Assembly (NCBI RefSeq): GCF_006345805.1
Contig: NC_043002.1
Coordinates: 101,060,001-101,124,000, forward strand
Source: Octopus sinensis
Taxonomy: Eukaryota
Length of the DNA: 64,000 nucleotides
Direction of reading: 5' to 3'
Numbering within the stretch: position 1 is the stretch's first letter; every line of letters starts with the position of its first letter. The position numbers and the translations under genes are program-made. The notes under the pieces are model-generated. The model searched no databases, was not told the origin of the DNA, and worked only from the letters and a program-made list of their open reading frames with translations. Below are positions 10,945 to 24,866 of the stretch, one piece after another.

Positions 10945-13290
10945 GTGAGCGATTGGAAGGCCATTTTGGATGCACATGTGGACGGGGTAGGGCTAGCCGA
11001 CAAGAAGGGTGGGTATAAAAGACTCACAAACCTGCTCAGCCACTTCCAACTGGCTGACAGGTACCGACTGGATTTCCTGAATGTGCCAATGTGGACATGG
11101 ACAAACAGCACCGGGTTTTATCTAGATACGGTATTCTGTAGGCCAGTAGACAAAATAGCAAAGGTTGTCTACTCTTCAAAGTCTTCGCCTACTCAGACCA
11201 CATTTTGTGATCTGCATGGACCCATAGGGCACATAGGTAGGACTCCCGGAACTGGAAGCTGAACGTGTCTTTACCGGTGCGTCAAGCATTCAGGAACCAG
11301 GTTAGCAAGTTAGTCCATCGGAAGTTGTTGGGTGTAGTCAACAACCATATGTGAATAGTCCTGAAAAGAGCGGCGGAGAGATTGGCACTTGATCATTCTC
11401 CAATGCCAAGCACAAAGGTTGCGTTGTCAGAGCTCGGGTGTAAGGCATGAGGGGGACAAAAGCCATTCGATGGGCCTGGGAGATGGAGGAGCAGCATGGC
11501 AACAAAGCCGCAATTCGAACTTTGATACGCCAGAAAGGGTGCATGCTCCACGAATCTAAACAAATGTGTACACAATTTCAGCAGAACTCCCCCGAACTGT
11601 TCGGGGCACGCGGTATGTCGAGGATTGAAGTGGATTTCACTTCCTACTCTGTCAGCATGTCACACCTTTCCGCCAGGGAGGTAAAGTTCTGCGAAGGGTC
11701 GATAACAGCCGATAAAGACATACAGGATGTGATGACGGGTTGCACAAGTGAGGTTTCCGGGAAAGAATGGTCTGCACTTCGAACTTTATCTACATTTACC
11801 TGACTTGTTCGGTGATCACTTGGCGGATGTCTACCGCAACTGGCAACAGAACGAGAGAAGACACAGTGCTGTGAGCCGTGACGAGGCGGTGTTACTGAGA
11901 AAGGACCCGAACAAGGGTGACCTAATAAATGATTTTAGGCCCACACCACAGATTATAACGCAGATTATAAGATTTTGGCCAAGATATTACGCTTGTCGAT
12001 AAGTTGGTCGGTGACACGCAGACAGTTGCTATCCATAGCAGATCTATCCACAACTTCCACCTCACGTCCTACATAGAGAGCGTAGCTCAGGAACATGACA
12101 TGGGTGTGTCCCTGATCAATTTAAATTAATCAAAAGCTTTCGACAGGGTCGATCATTAGTACTTGGTTGCTGTCCTCGTGGCGGCTGGCTTCGGTCTTGT
12201 TTTCAGAGGGTAGATCACTGCAAAGTACGGCGATATCTGTTCGGTGGTCAAAATGAAGGACTACCTATAGGAACCGTCTATCATCGCTCGTTCAATCAGA
12301 CAAGGATGACAACTCTCTCCTCTTCTGTACGTGTTGGCTCTCGAGCCGTTGCTAAGGAAGTTGGATATTTCGAGGGGCATCTCACAGTGATCTAGAATGT
12401 GGAAAGTTCGTGTCGGCCTATGCGAACGACGTCACTGTAATAGTGTAGGACAGCTCGAAAATCGAGGTGATCGGCGCTACTTTAAGTTGGTACGAAGCAG
12501 TGAAAGGAAAAGTCGATGGGCCTGCAGCTCGCCACCTGGGTAGGGTGCTGGACAGAAGGACGGGTTAAATTACTTGGGGTTTGTTTTGGTCCAGATCTCC
12601 AAGTAGAGAAAAGCTGGAGGGAGGTGACGAATACGGCAGCCACTCTCACCCAGAAGTTAGCAGAGAGGAAGCTATCCATGAAGGGTCGGGTGAAGGTGGC
12701 GAATACATACATCATCTCCATCATCTACTACTGTCTGATCGTCGTTTCTTGTCCTGATAAAGCTGGAGCGCTTGCTCTTTCGCCTTCTGTGGAGTGGACA
12801 TGTTCCGTTCATCAGACGCTTCATCCGTTCACAACTGATGCTGAGTGGAGGACTGGGCATGCTGTGGCTAATGATGCACAGGCATGCGCTAACACTGCGA
12901 TATCTCCAGGGCTTTCGAAACGGTGAGAGGGTGTAGTCGCCGTCAGTCGGACAGGATTTTCCGGAGTTCGTCTGTTTGAGGGAACTGCTGTCCCGAATCA
13001 AGTGTAAACCTAGAAAGAAGGCTTGGCACTTGGAGAGTTCACAAGTGCCCACAGGTTTTTGCCAGACGGGCATCGTGGTCGGTGGAAGTTCAACTATGGA
13101 GTTGTATAGAAGATTAGTGGCGAACAAGAATGGCGGTATCCTCGGGAAAACTCTGGGCGTTGGAAGGAATCAATTAACTGGTCTTTTTGAAGAAAGTTAG
13201 CCTGGTAGTTTTTTTGTGAGCAAGCTTTGATCTTCAGCTGCCAGTATGTTTACTTTCAGTCTCTGCTTTCAGACCTAAGCTTCTCAGCCG
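10945..13290 (+). mobile_element. Degenerate Tx1/L1 ORF2 remnant related to the 4335-9693 element
   Basis: Fragments LLSHFQLADRYRL..WTWTN..YLD, SKAFDRVDH, SPLLYVLALEPLL and VKLLGVCFGPDLQVEKSW parallel the intact ORF2; many stops and frameshifts. Confidence 0.85.
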
Positions 13291-13399
13291 CTGATGGGTT
13301 GTTATATTTTCGGCTTCGAAGTATATACTGTCCATGCTGGGGCGTCTGGCTCCATCGTTTCTCAGTTTGTTTCTGCCCGTTCTTTTGGCAATCTGCTTG

Positions 13400-16200
13400 T
13401 TCTGTTGTTATTGTTGTTGCTGTTGTCATTTCGTTTATTACAGATTTTGTTGGATCTCTTGGAGTCTTACATGCGTTGCGGGCTTGCTACCTGCAGACTG
13501 TGGTATCATGCTATCCGTTCTTTTCAGCTATCTAATACTTTACTGATTATTATGGCCGTGCCAAGGAGGCAAACCTTTTGTAGCAATTCTACTGGGTACT
13601 CTATTCCAATTTCGTTTATATTTCTTTTGATGCCTTCTGATGCTGTTCCCAAGGACCAAACAATAATCGACACTATCTTCACCTTTTTCATGATCCATAG
13701 CCGGGCTACTTCGTGCTTTAGAGGATTGTATTTATCTCTTTTTTTAGCTCCCTTCTTCGGTCAAAAGGGCCAAAAAGAACACGCAACATCAACTATATAC
13801 CACATGTCGGGCATCTTGTCGACCACTACCAGTTCCCGTCTGTTATGCTCTCGCACTTGATCTGTTTAGATTGCTAGTCTCCGATTCCGCCAATCTCTGC
13901 GGTTTATACCACGTCTTACCTCTCTCTAGCCCCCACTTTTCGTAGTTTCCAATGTAGCACTTTCCCTACCTGATCATGTTGCCGCAGCTTGTAGTAGTTT
14001 TGAGTAGGTCTAAGGCATTTGTTTGTGATATGAGCAATGTTTTCATCCACTCTATTACAAATGCGGCACAGCAACAACACTTGCTCTTTCCTAAGGTTGA
14101 CCCTCCACTTCGTGACCAAACCTTAGTCTTGCACTGCCACTATAGTGCTCTCGGTCTCCTTTTTTAGTTTGCCTTCCGTCAGCCAATTTTCCCACCTTTT
14201 TTGGCAGCAACGCCTGTTGTGGCTACATGGAATTGATTCTGTAGTCCTTTCTTGCGTAATTCTTCTTCATATCCATTTTGTACATCTTCCTACATTTTTT
14301 CCTTTCGACTCTGCTTTCAATATTCTCTCGTTCCTGACACTCGCAAGGTTTCCTTACTTTGGGTTACGTATCTTATTAAGCCCTCGAGTTCGACATGTAC
14401 ACGGTCTTCCACACTTATCAGTCCCCTTCCCCCATTTGCTCTCTTCATGTATAGGTGATGAGTTCCATGCATCATTAGGAACTTTCTTGACTTCCTGTCC
14501 ATCTCCTTTCGCTCCTTCTCAGTCCACTTCATGAGTCCAGGGCCATAAAGCACTACTGCAACTGCGCGCGAGTTTATTGCCGAAGTTTCTGGCATTCAGC
14601 TTTCAGGCAAAATTTTTTCTCACTCGCCACAGATTCTCTGTTTTTGTCCTTTCCTTCATGTGGTGTTTGATTCCACCTGCCTGAAGTATTCCCATATATT
14701 TATAGCTAGATTGAGGTTGAATTGCCTTCATCATCTCACCACTTGGCAAACCTAGGCTTTCTGTCCTCGTCTCATCACCATCGTAGCACATTTTGAGAGT
14801 CTAAACTCCATCTTAATATAATTAGAGTAGATCCGCACAGAAGGGACTAGGCTGTCCAGTTCTGCCTCACGTATGAACAACTTCAAGTCGTCTATGAATA
14901 TCAAGTGGTTCAGTTTTCCTTTACCTCTTTCCAGGTCATAGCCCAACCTTGTTTTCTGTAGTATTTTACTCCAGGGTATCAATTTTAGCACAAAGATCAG
15001 TGGTGACACACTGTCTCCCCGGAAGGTTCCACTCCTGATTTTCACCTCACCCTGCTGTCAATTCCGTTCTCCATTATTCCATACTCTTCCGTATAAGGCA
15101 TCTCATGTTTTCTGCTACTCTATACATTTTCCATTATTCTTATTATCCAGGAGTATGGTATCATATCGTATGCTTTCCATTAGTCAACCCATAACTTGCA
15201 CAGGTTTGTGTATTTTCTCTTGCATTTCTGATAACTAGATTATCGATTAAGAGCTGACCCTTCGTTCCCCGGTTCCTCTTTCGGCACCCTTTCTATTCAA
15301 TAAGTATCCGCCCTATCTTTTTCTAAATATCTACACAGTTCACAGGCCAAAGCACTTGACATTAGTTTCCACATTAGCGGAAGGCACGTTATTGGTCTAA
15401 AGTTGGATGCAACATCTCCCTTTTCAGGATCCTTCGCACATAACAACGTCTTCCCTTTTGTCATCCAGCTGGGTACTGCGCCTTTCCTAAACACTCATCT
15501 AGCTGTTGCGCTATTCTTTCATGGAGCCATTTCAGCTTTTTCCTCCAATAATCTTGGATCCCATCTGTTCCTGAACTTTTCCAGTTTGGGAATTTTCTTA
15601 CCTGCTTTTTTATCATTTCTGTAGTTATTTTTACGTCTTGGCATTCTGCATTTCTTGACCAATCTTTGATTTCATTCAGCCACTCCGCTTTATCATTATG
15701 CTCGACAGGTTGGTCCCAGATCCCTCTCCAGAATGCCCTGCTTTCCTTTGCATCTCGTTTCATTGTTACGTGTAATTGCTCATCTAGTTCCTGAAACAGT
15801 TTCTTCTGATTTGCTTTCAACAATCCGTTTTGCCTGAATTATTTTGCTCTATTCTTATATCTTTCCAGGCTTACTTTGCTTCAATTCTTCCAATATCACA
15901 TCATATCCTTTATCTCTCATTCTGTATATTCTTTCTAGAATTTTATTCCTATATTTTCGTTCTGCACTTCTCCTCTTCGCAATCTATCAATTTGTCCTAG
16001 TTCTCTTTTTAATTTTGTTTCTCACGAATTCGTTTACATTCTGTTTCTTCTAATTTCGTACACTCAAGAACAATGTGTCATATTGTTTCACCATTTACAC
16101 CACACATTCGGCATTTGTCGCTCTAGATTGTTTTCCCAAGAACGTTACCAGCAGGCGGCTACAGAGAATCGAACTCTGTACTTCTCAGATACTGGCTGAG
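13400..16200 (-). mobile_element. Degenerate R4/Dong-like LINE (RT + CCHC + restriction-like endonuclease)
   Basis: Fragments NFRPITCLPLMWK, FRGDSVSPLIFVL, NHLIFIDDLKLF, RANGGRGLISVE and CRICNRVDENIAHITNKC..Y..RQHDQVGKVLHW. Confidence 0.88.
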
Positions 16201-16589
16201 TTCCCTGTACTCGAGAGAAGGCAACTATTGGCAAAGGCGCGAGAACGAATTGGCCTCAATATCCATTGGTATGCCAAATAATGAGAAACATTTAATTTTT
16301 ATATCAAGTTTAGAAATAGATATAATTTTTCTTTTCCTGCGAAAGGGAAAGAAGGAAGTAATTGTTTTGAATTTGGAACCACATCCGATGGGGGGATGAA
16401 AGAAGGACACAATCCAATAATATTTTCTTGGGTTTTACTAGTTTTACGTAGTAACTATAAACCTACCAATCTTCATTCGTTTGTTGATGGATTAAGAGAA
16501 TAAGTGTAATTCTCTAGTTTATTTGTACCAATTATTTTGAGAGTATATTGTTTAAAACAATCAGGTGTTTGAATTTGTGGATATCTTTT

Positions 16590-17110
16590 AGCCAGGGTCG
16601 GAAGCTTGACATGCCCAAATCAGATGATCTTTATCAATTCTGAACATAATGATGGTTATGGCGACCATGCCTCATACATAATAGTCCAGTGGATTGAGGC
16701 CCGGTGAGCTAGGAGGCCATATCTCTGGGTCAACATGATCGTGGAGATTGGAACGCATACACGTTTGTCTTAGCTTTACGAAATGGTGCAGAGTATTGTT
16801 GGAAGACGTTCGGTCTTCATTGCCTATTCTGTCTATCCAGGGCCTCACAGTATTCTCCAATACTTAGGTATATACAGCGCCATTACCCCTTAAGCCCTGT
16901 GAAAAAAAAAGGAGTGTTGTCATGTCCGTTGTTCAGCAAGCGCTTTGTACGAATGGAACCAGCCATTCTTGAAACGTCCGACAAACTCCGACAAATTCTA
17001 CATCACATACGATTTGTACCGTATGTTCTCACGCATGCTGTCCTCAGCGTGCCTTTTCATTTGCTGGGGCATCTTGTTGTCTGTCATGGGTTATCTGAAA
17101 ATAAAGGTGG
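16590..17110 (-). mobile_element. Tc1/mariner-superfamily transposase remnant
   Basis: WPPSSPGLNPLDYYV matches the conserved WP..SPDLNP motif (ORF 16672-16860). Confidence 0.75.
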
Positions 17111-17626
17111 TAAATATAAATTAAGGCTTTTCAAGCAGCCTATATAAATAATGTGGGTAGAATTATATGCACACCATATAATCCCTCATAACTTCTTTAT
17201 TTTTGGGAATTCATTCGTGGTAATTCATACGATTATGAAAAATAGTTTAATTTTGATTGATCAATCTTTTTTGAATATCAGAATTTTTAAAAAAAAGGAC
17301 AGTCCAACGTTATTGCTTATATATCTGCAATGGCCCATTGAATATCTTTAAGGAGAGAAAATATTGAAAAACATCAATATATGTCAGAATTTTAAAGAAT
17401 GGAGAAATTACTGGGTGGTCGAAAGATGTAATAAAAAATAACAGCTAAATAGGCTTTAAAGTACACACAATCTTTTATTTATTTATTATTATTATTGTTA
17501 TTATTATTATTTGTTTGGCTTTTGCATAATCACAAAAAAAAATTATGAAAATTTCATAAAATAAGAGAATCTGTATGAGAAGCAGAAATCAGAATTATGC
17601 CTGCATGTGTATATATGTCTGTTTGT

Positions 17627-17714
<88 letters not shown>

Positions 17715-18050
17715 GATATCCATTATATTGCGTGGATGGGTACAAACATGTTTTAGAGGCAAACAATACCTTATGTCTTTTAGACATTTATAACAGCAAT
17801 ATAAGTTAAAGCGAGATGTGACAGAAGGAAGTGTTTAGTACACGGAGAATGGATGTGATTAATGATTGATGAGAATATTCATATAAGTGACAATTTAAAT
17901 CAGGGTCAGAAGTAGAAACCATTGTTTCCACTTCTCTTCCAGTGAAATCTTTTGATGTAAGCTAGTATTTTATGGCATGTCGTTATTATCCCATTAAATT
18001 GTGGGATAGTAAAAATTGGGATTAATTGACACCAACTGTGTTACGTTAGA

Positions 18051-18084
18051 TATAAATACGCATCGTTTTTCGCATTCATCATTC
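18051..18084 (+). promoter_or_regulatory. Gene A core promoter: TATA box + initiator
   Basis: TATAAATA at 18051-18058 and TCATTC with A at 18081 (30 nt downstream). The whole block is homologous to 39193-39225. Confidence 0.7.
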
Positions 18085-18121
18085 TTCCAATTTTCTTTGC
18101 CGCTTTCACCTTTTGGTATAA
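18081..18121 (+). other. Gene A exon 1 (5' UTR, ~41 nt)
   Basis: Runs from the Inr to donor GTAAGT at 18122; the paralogous exon 39222-39262 has the same length and donor. Confidence 0.7.
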
Positions 18122-18368
18122 GTAAGTGAACCTTTAACAATATCTTGTGAAATATTTTTGTGTTTTGAATTGTAGCTCAGATCTGGTTTCAAAAATTGAA
18201 TGTATTTTCAGTCTTTTCATATAAATTGTTATTTAATACATAAATTCAGAAACGGGTCTAATATAAAGATATCTAGCAGTATCTTGATTTGATTTTATTG
18301 GTAAAGAAAGGAAAATATAAGGTCTATGTCTAAAATTGTATTTTTTCCTTTCTGTATGCGTACATTTG

Positions 18369-18442
<74 letters not shown>

Positions 18443-18599
18443 GATACCTATCTAGTTATCCATCTATCATCTATGATACTGTACTTACTTGAAACATGGA
18501 AGTGGTTCTGACTTAGGTGTTAAGAGCGTGCATATTAATAACCAATCCTAAAACTAGAATGTATGTTTGCTGCCAAGATGGTGGATATACTTCAGTATG

Positions 18600-18770
18600 C
18601 GAATGTAGGTAAATGGTAATATGATTACTACGTTGCAGACTTTGCCTTTCATTCTATGGGGATCGGTTAAGTACGGGATGAGCATTGAGGTCGATAGAAT
18701 CAACTTACCCATTCACCCTAAATCGCTGACCTTGTACCAGAATTTGGAACCAATATTCCTACTACTTGGG
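18600..18770 (+). mobile_element. Old Deu/Nin-core SINE remnant
   Basis: gactttgcctttcattctatggggatcg...gaggtcgatagaatcaacttaccc. Confidence 0.65.
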
Positions 18771-19389
18771 ATATGGTTCATAGTATTGGTCACCGTAATA
18801 GTAGCCGTAGTATGAATATTAATCATGGACGTCATGATAGGAAAATAATCTTAACGATAAAATTAAATCCAATGGCAACATTATTAATAATGATAATAAA
18901 CAAAATGCAAGAATTAATGCCTCAAATCTGTGTGTCCTAACAACAACATAAATTATTTTAAATGTGCTTAAGTTACAAATTCCGATAAGATTTAATATGA
19001 ATGGCAACACATGCAAAAATGATTTTAAAATACTGCTCTGAGCACAAAAGATATAGAATGTGATAAGGAAAATATACAGTTAAATAAAATTGTACTCCAA
19101 ATAGCAATAATTACACAAGCGTTGGGATTCGTGTCAACAATAATAACCAGACGAGGAAAGAATATATTAGCAGAAACGAGGAGGGTAATATGGAAGTTTA
19201 TAATTAGGCAGATGAATACAAGTATAAGAATAGTTCAATAAATTCGTATTGGCCGAAGCATTTTAATACCATAATTGGGACTAAACCTAAAAAAATAAGA
19301 ATGTGATTTGTCTACTCGACGTACCAAAGTTAGTATTGATTACCTTATTGATTACCTATAACACTACTCGGACAGGTGCAAGAAATAAT

Positions 19390-19510
19390 AAAGGCTATCG
19401 ACGATTACGTAAGAGAATTTCCGCCTCGTTTAATATTCCTTTCAGCTTAAATGATACAACTAATATGTCCACGAAATTTTTCACAGCCTTGGATAAGCAT
19501 TTTCGTAAAA
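19390..19510 (+). mobile_element. Penelope-like element fragment
   Basis: [32 protein letters not shown] resembles the PLE R..IWFNPP.S..V.TN....FL.L.DKHF motif. Confidence 0.6.
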
Positions 19511-19532
19511 TCCCTCTCTCGCTCCCTCTCTC

Positions 19533-20140
<608 letters not shown>

Positions 20141-20159
20141 CACATACACACATAAGCCA

Positions 20160-20520
20160 AGGTGCATCGCTCAGTGATTAGAGCGTCGAGCTTACGATCC
20201 TGAGGTTGTGAGTTCGATCCCCGGACAGGACTGGGTGTTGTGTTTTTCAGCAAGCCACTTTTACGTTGCTCCAATTAACTCAGCTGTAGAAATGAGTTAC
20301 CATATCACCGGTGCGAAGCTCTATCGGCCCCTTTGCCTTTCTCTTGGATAACATCGGCGGCGTGGAGAGGGGGGAGGGCGGTATGCATGGGTGACTGCTG
20401 GTCTTCTATAAAAACAACCGTATGTTGTGCGTTCGCCGGTCGGGCCATTTTCTGCCCAGACTTGTACCCCGAAGGGGAACCTCTGATGTGCACCCATGGT
20501 CATTGGTGACCGACGGAGCC
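20160..20520 (+). mobile_element. tRNA-derived SINE (second family)
   Basis: tRNA-like head ggtgcatcgctcagtgattagagc...gagttcgatcccc, followed by gtgttgtgtttttcagcaagccactttt core. Confidence 0.75.
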
Positions 20521-21165
20521 GAGAATATATTACGTATTTATGCGTGTGTTTATAAAATTAAACATAGGCATATACATAACTTTGGGAAAAGTCTAAGAAC
20601 AAAGAGAATTAATTAGAAAAAGAATCAATGCTTGTTATACTGGAGCATATTAAGTTACATGAGAAGACTTAGATGTTTTAAGTAAGCAATCCTCTTTTAA
20701 AATGTTCCATAAGCCTGGATACACTCTGCCATCTCCGTGAATGAAACTTTGATGTGAAAAATATCTCTAATATATATTAAAATAGATGCTCTTAAAAACG
20801 TATATCATACAAATACATATATTCAAATGCTTGCACGAATTATATTTAAATGCTTGTACGAATTATATCTTATAGATATATATGTGGGTGTTTGTGCGAA
20901 TGTTTTTGCGTAGGCAACTGTGTGACTGAGCGTCTGTATGGTTTGTCCAAAATTTCCCAATCCTGACGGGGAATTGGCATGTAACCTTAAGTTCTGTGAT
21001 TTCTTGAATCACAGCCCAGAGCTTTACGTTGCGAATTATTCTCACAATTCAAGAAAGGAAGAAGTGTAATATTGAATAAGGAAAAATATTTGTAAATATA
21101 TCGAAATACAATTATTTAAACGTGACTGTTTAGCAGAATGTAAACCAACACACACACATACACAC

Positions 21166-21206
<41 letters not shown>

Positions 21207-21252
21207 ACACACATACACACACACACATGTATGTATGTATGTATGTATATGC

Positions 21253-21298
<46 letters not shown>

Positions 21299-21445
21299 TT
21301 CGAGACAAAACCACTACTTTGCAAAACAAACAAGGAAAGACTTAATCAATACATAAAATATTATATAATATTTTACTATAAAATTGGATTTAATCCTAAA
21401 TCTGATTTTTTCCCTGTAAATTTGGATTTATTCCCTAATATTTAT

Positions 21446-21481
<36 letters not shown>

Positions 21482-21844
21482 TATATATATATATATTTAT
21501 ATATATATATATATACATGTCATCATGCACTCATATATACACGTGTATGGGTATATAGATACATATATACATTTGTAATACATATATATATATATGTGTG
21601 TGTGTTTGTGTATGCAGATAGAGTTATGTACACACACACGAGCGTACACGCGCGGGTACTCTCACACACATACGAACGCACAGACGTACACACAGTCATA
21701 TACACACACACTTACAACCAAATATGTATATTCCCAGAGAATACACACACACACACGTATCTATTTGTGTTACTCCCTTTTTTTCTCTAAATTAGTTACT
21801 AGTTCGATCTTTTCGAATTATATATATACTTTCAGATCTATACG

Positions 21845-21914
21845 ATGCGAGCCTTCATTTTTTGCCTGTTGGTCTTGGCAGCAGAAATAGCTTTTAACCG
21901 AACGGTTAATGCGG
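21845..21914 (+). CDS. Gene A exon 2 coding part: signal peptide of a secreted Cys-rich protein
   Basis: Acceptor ttcag|atcta at 21835/6; ATG at 21845; MRAFIFCLLVLAAEIAFNRTVNA + G; phase-1 donor GTAAGT at 21915. Downstream intron is homologous to that at 50112. Confidence 0.85.
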
Positions 21915-22176
21915 GTAAGTTTCCAATCATAGGTGAAAATACTGAATAATTAAACTTTTGAAAATTACCTGAGCATCAATTCTTTAATCTACTTACTCAC
22001 TCACACTTCTTGTGCTATAGTTTTTCACTTTGCGATATTTGATATCCGCTATCATAACTTAGTATATATATTTATCTGTATGTACGTATATACGTGTGTG
22101 TGAGTGAATGTGTGTATATGTATATAAATACGCATATATGTACACATGTGTGCGTGTAAGTGTGTGCAAAATATCG

Positions 22177-22550
22177 TGGCACTCCGTCGCCTACGACGAC
22201 GAGGGTTCCAGTTGATCCGATCAATGGAACAGCCTGCTCGTGAAATTAACGGACAAGTGGCTGAGGACTGCATAGATATGTGTACCCTTAACGTAGTTCT
22301 CGGGAAGATTCAGCGTGACACAGAGTGTCACAAGGCTGGGCCTTTGAAATGCATCTATTACAGAAACAGGAAGAAAGAGTGAGAGAAGGTTGTGGCGAAA
22401 GAGTACAGCAGGGTTCGCCACCACCCACTGCCGGAGCCTCATGGGGCTTCAGGTATTTTCGCTCACAACACCCGGTCTGGGAATCGAAACCGCGATCCTA
22501 CGACCACGAGTACACTGCCCTAACCACTGGGAAATTGTGCCTTCACGTGT
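22177..22550 (-). mobile_element. tRNA-derived SINE (third family)
   Basis: Reverse complement begins ccagtggttagggcagtg...ggtttcgattcccag and ends gatcaactggaaccctcgtcgtcgtaggcgacggagtgcca. Confidence 0.75.
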
Positions 22551-23059
22551 AAAATATAGAACAATTAAGTGACAAAATTTAAATACTGTTTGTTTACAAT
22601 TCTTTCATCTGTTTCAATTATAACCAATCTTTTCTTATGCTACAAGTATGTGGTGAACTGTCAATATATTTCAATTCACTGATTTCAATATCCTTCACAT
22701 TTCACGTTGAAAGCAACTAACCTGTACTTAGAAAAATAATATGGCGACCCGTGTTGAAATTTCGCCAATAAGCTACTCCATACGATTCCGAAGTGCACGG
22801 TCCTAGCTAATCATATTAATACAAGATAAATACCGGAACAGAACAAATCCGGTAAATAAAGCCTGAAGGGAAGTAGGAATAATTTGATTGCATAATTAGT
22901 TGCGTTCCACCTTGAGAATTCTGTTTGTTATTATAAAAAAGTATCCATCTCCGTCATCTTCTATAACCCTCTAGTAGCTTCAACATCAACAAAAATACCA
23001 TCCCCAGCAGCAATATACGTAGGTACATCGGATGTTCCGGAAACAGCTTCAAGGTGTTT

Positions 23060-23345
23060 CCCAGTGGTTGGATAGCAAGCTTCTTACCACACAGCGACGC
23101 CTGCGCCTTCGTATACACATAGTGGTGCGAAACTAGGTAAACAGTTATGAAAAGAATATAAAGGAAATAGTCTTGATACCTTCTGAGAGTGTCCCTAAGG
23201 ACCCAACAATAATTGGCACTATGTTCACCTTCTTCATTTTCCATAGCCGGGCTATTTCGTACTTAAGAGTGTTCTATTTTTCTATGTTTTCATCTTCGTT
23301 CTTGACTATTTGTGGGTCAAAGGGGCAGGCAACATCAACTTTATT
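23060..23345 (-). mobile_element. R4/Dong-like LINE endonuclease C-terminal fragment
   Basis: Homologous to 13560-13810 (DVACPFD, MENEEGEHSANYCWVLRD-type sequence). Confidence 0.7.
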
Positions 23346-23394
23346 TACATTATTTACATTCGACGGATATTTGTCCTCATCTTGTTTGTTGTTA

Positions 23395-23439
23395 ACACAA
23401 CGTTTCGGCTGATATACCCCCCCAGCCTTCATGAGGTGT
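23395..23439 (-). ncRNA. Minimal hammerhead-ribozyme-like motif (Penelope terminal-repeat type), core mutated
   Basis: Reverse complement ACAC-CUCAUGA-A-GGCUG[loop]CAGCC-GAA-ACGU-U-GUGU. Stems I and II pair, stem III is palindromic, G5 is changed to C. Confidence 0.65.
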
Positions 23440-23568
23440 CTTGGAGAAATTTCGAACCTGGGTTCTCATTCCTAAGATATTTTTCGATGTTGTTGTTGCT
23501 GTTGTTGTTATTATTATTATTATCATTATTATTATTATTACTATTATTATTATTATTATTATTATTAC

Positions 23569-23619
<51 letters not shown>

Positions 23620-23620
<1 letters not shown>

Positions 23621-24175
23621 GAGTGAGAAAGCAGTGCATGCCATCAAAGTGAGACTGGAGTAAAATATACAAAGCCCAGTATACCCATCATCACTACCCG
23701 TCTGATAAGGGTGCACTAGGCACATGCATCACAACCATATGTGCGTGACATGGTGATCTCATATCAAGATAAACAGCACATGAGCTTGCAGGTAGGGCCC
23801 AGTTAGAATTTTCTTCTGGTCCAGTAGCCCATTTCGTTCAAAAGGTCCCTGAATAAGGGTTGTTTAAGGATGTTGAACGAAGCACCCATGTTTCCAGAGG
23901 GGAATTATCCAAACCACCAACAATCCCTCTCAACACACAGCTATGTTGCTCCCCCACTACTTCTGCTCGTGATCAGAGATGCAAATATCGTCAGCCACTA
24001 AGGGACATGCTCAACTGGTTAAAGTCAAACAACTGACGAGCAAATATGTGGTATTGAGCAGAATATTTGCTGTAGCCCATCTTTTATACCAAGACAAAAC
24101 AATGTACAGGATAACACTTCCAATGAGTTAAGATCAGAAGCCACGAGATCCACTGTCTGGTACTGCATCAGGGCG

Positions 24176-24178
<3 letters not shown>
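23620..24178. repeat. ~550-bp interspersed element embedded in (ATT)n; paralogous copy at 52760-53325
   Basis: Runs gagtgagaaagcagtgcatgccatc...gcatcagggcgtttt, flanked by ATT repeats on both sides; aligns end to end with the gene B copy. Confidence 0.85.
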
Positions 24179-24206
<28 letters not shown>

Positions 24207-24261
24207 GTTGTTGTTGTTGTCGCTGTTGATGCTGTTATTATCATCACCATTATTATTATTA

Positions 24262-24318
<57 letters not shown>

Positions 24319-24728
24319 GTTTTGTTTTCCATTGTTCTCGTATATAAACTAGCAAGTAACACCTATACAAAAGCCTGAATACCGGAGTTTCTTCTACATT
24401 ACGCCGTTTTCCACTTCCAACCAAATACTTTTGGTTTTCCTAAACCACACCCGTGGGTAGGAGAAACCTTCGTAGTAGAGCCTATCTGTTTATTAAACGG
24501 GTGTCAATATACCGCTCACACGTATTTGTTTTATTAAAAGAGAACTGGGAAAAGAGAGAAATGATCAGCTTGAATTTCAAATATCAATTGGAAGGATGAA
24601 AAAGATATGATTTAAATCGGATATTATGAGGACATCATTTCCTAGTTTATATCAAATCTTCCTTAGAAAACAACCACTATATAATTTTGCTTATTTGATA
24701 TTTTTTGAATATATGTATTTTTATACAG

Positions 24729-24866
24729 GGTGTGTAGGATGTATGGTGGAGGGCAAATGCCGCGCACCCAAAGAGTCATGGATGGAAAAGAAGGGAAATA
24801 CGTGTGCCACGAAACGCTGTCAACCTAAGGTTAACAAAACATGGAGAGTGTATACACAAAAAGTGT
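24729..24866 (+). CDS. Gene A exon 3: Cys module 1
   Basis: tacag|GG...GTGT|gtaagt, phase 1-1, 138 nt. Encodes (G)CVGCMVEGKCRAPKESWMEKKGNTCATKRCQPKVNKTWRVYTQKV, with Cys spacing identical to 53754-53888. Confidence 0.9.

Noticed and set aside
20160-20235. tRNA-like sequences (also 22470-22550, 29673-29740, 55279-55340, 55853-55915)
   Set aside because: They continue into SINE bodies and lack a complete acceptor stem, so they are SINE heads rather than tRNA genes.
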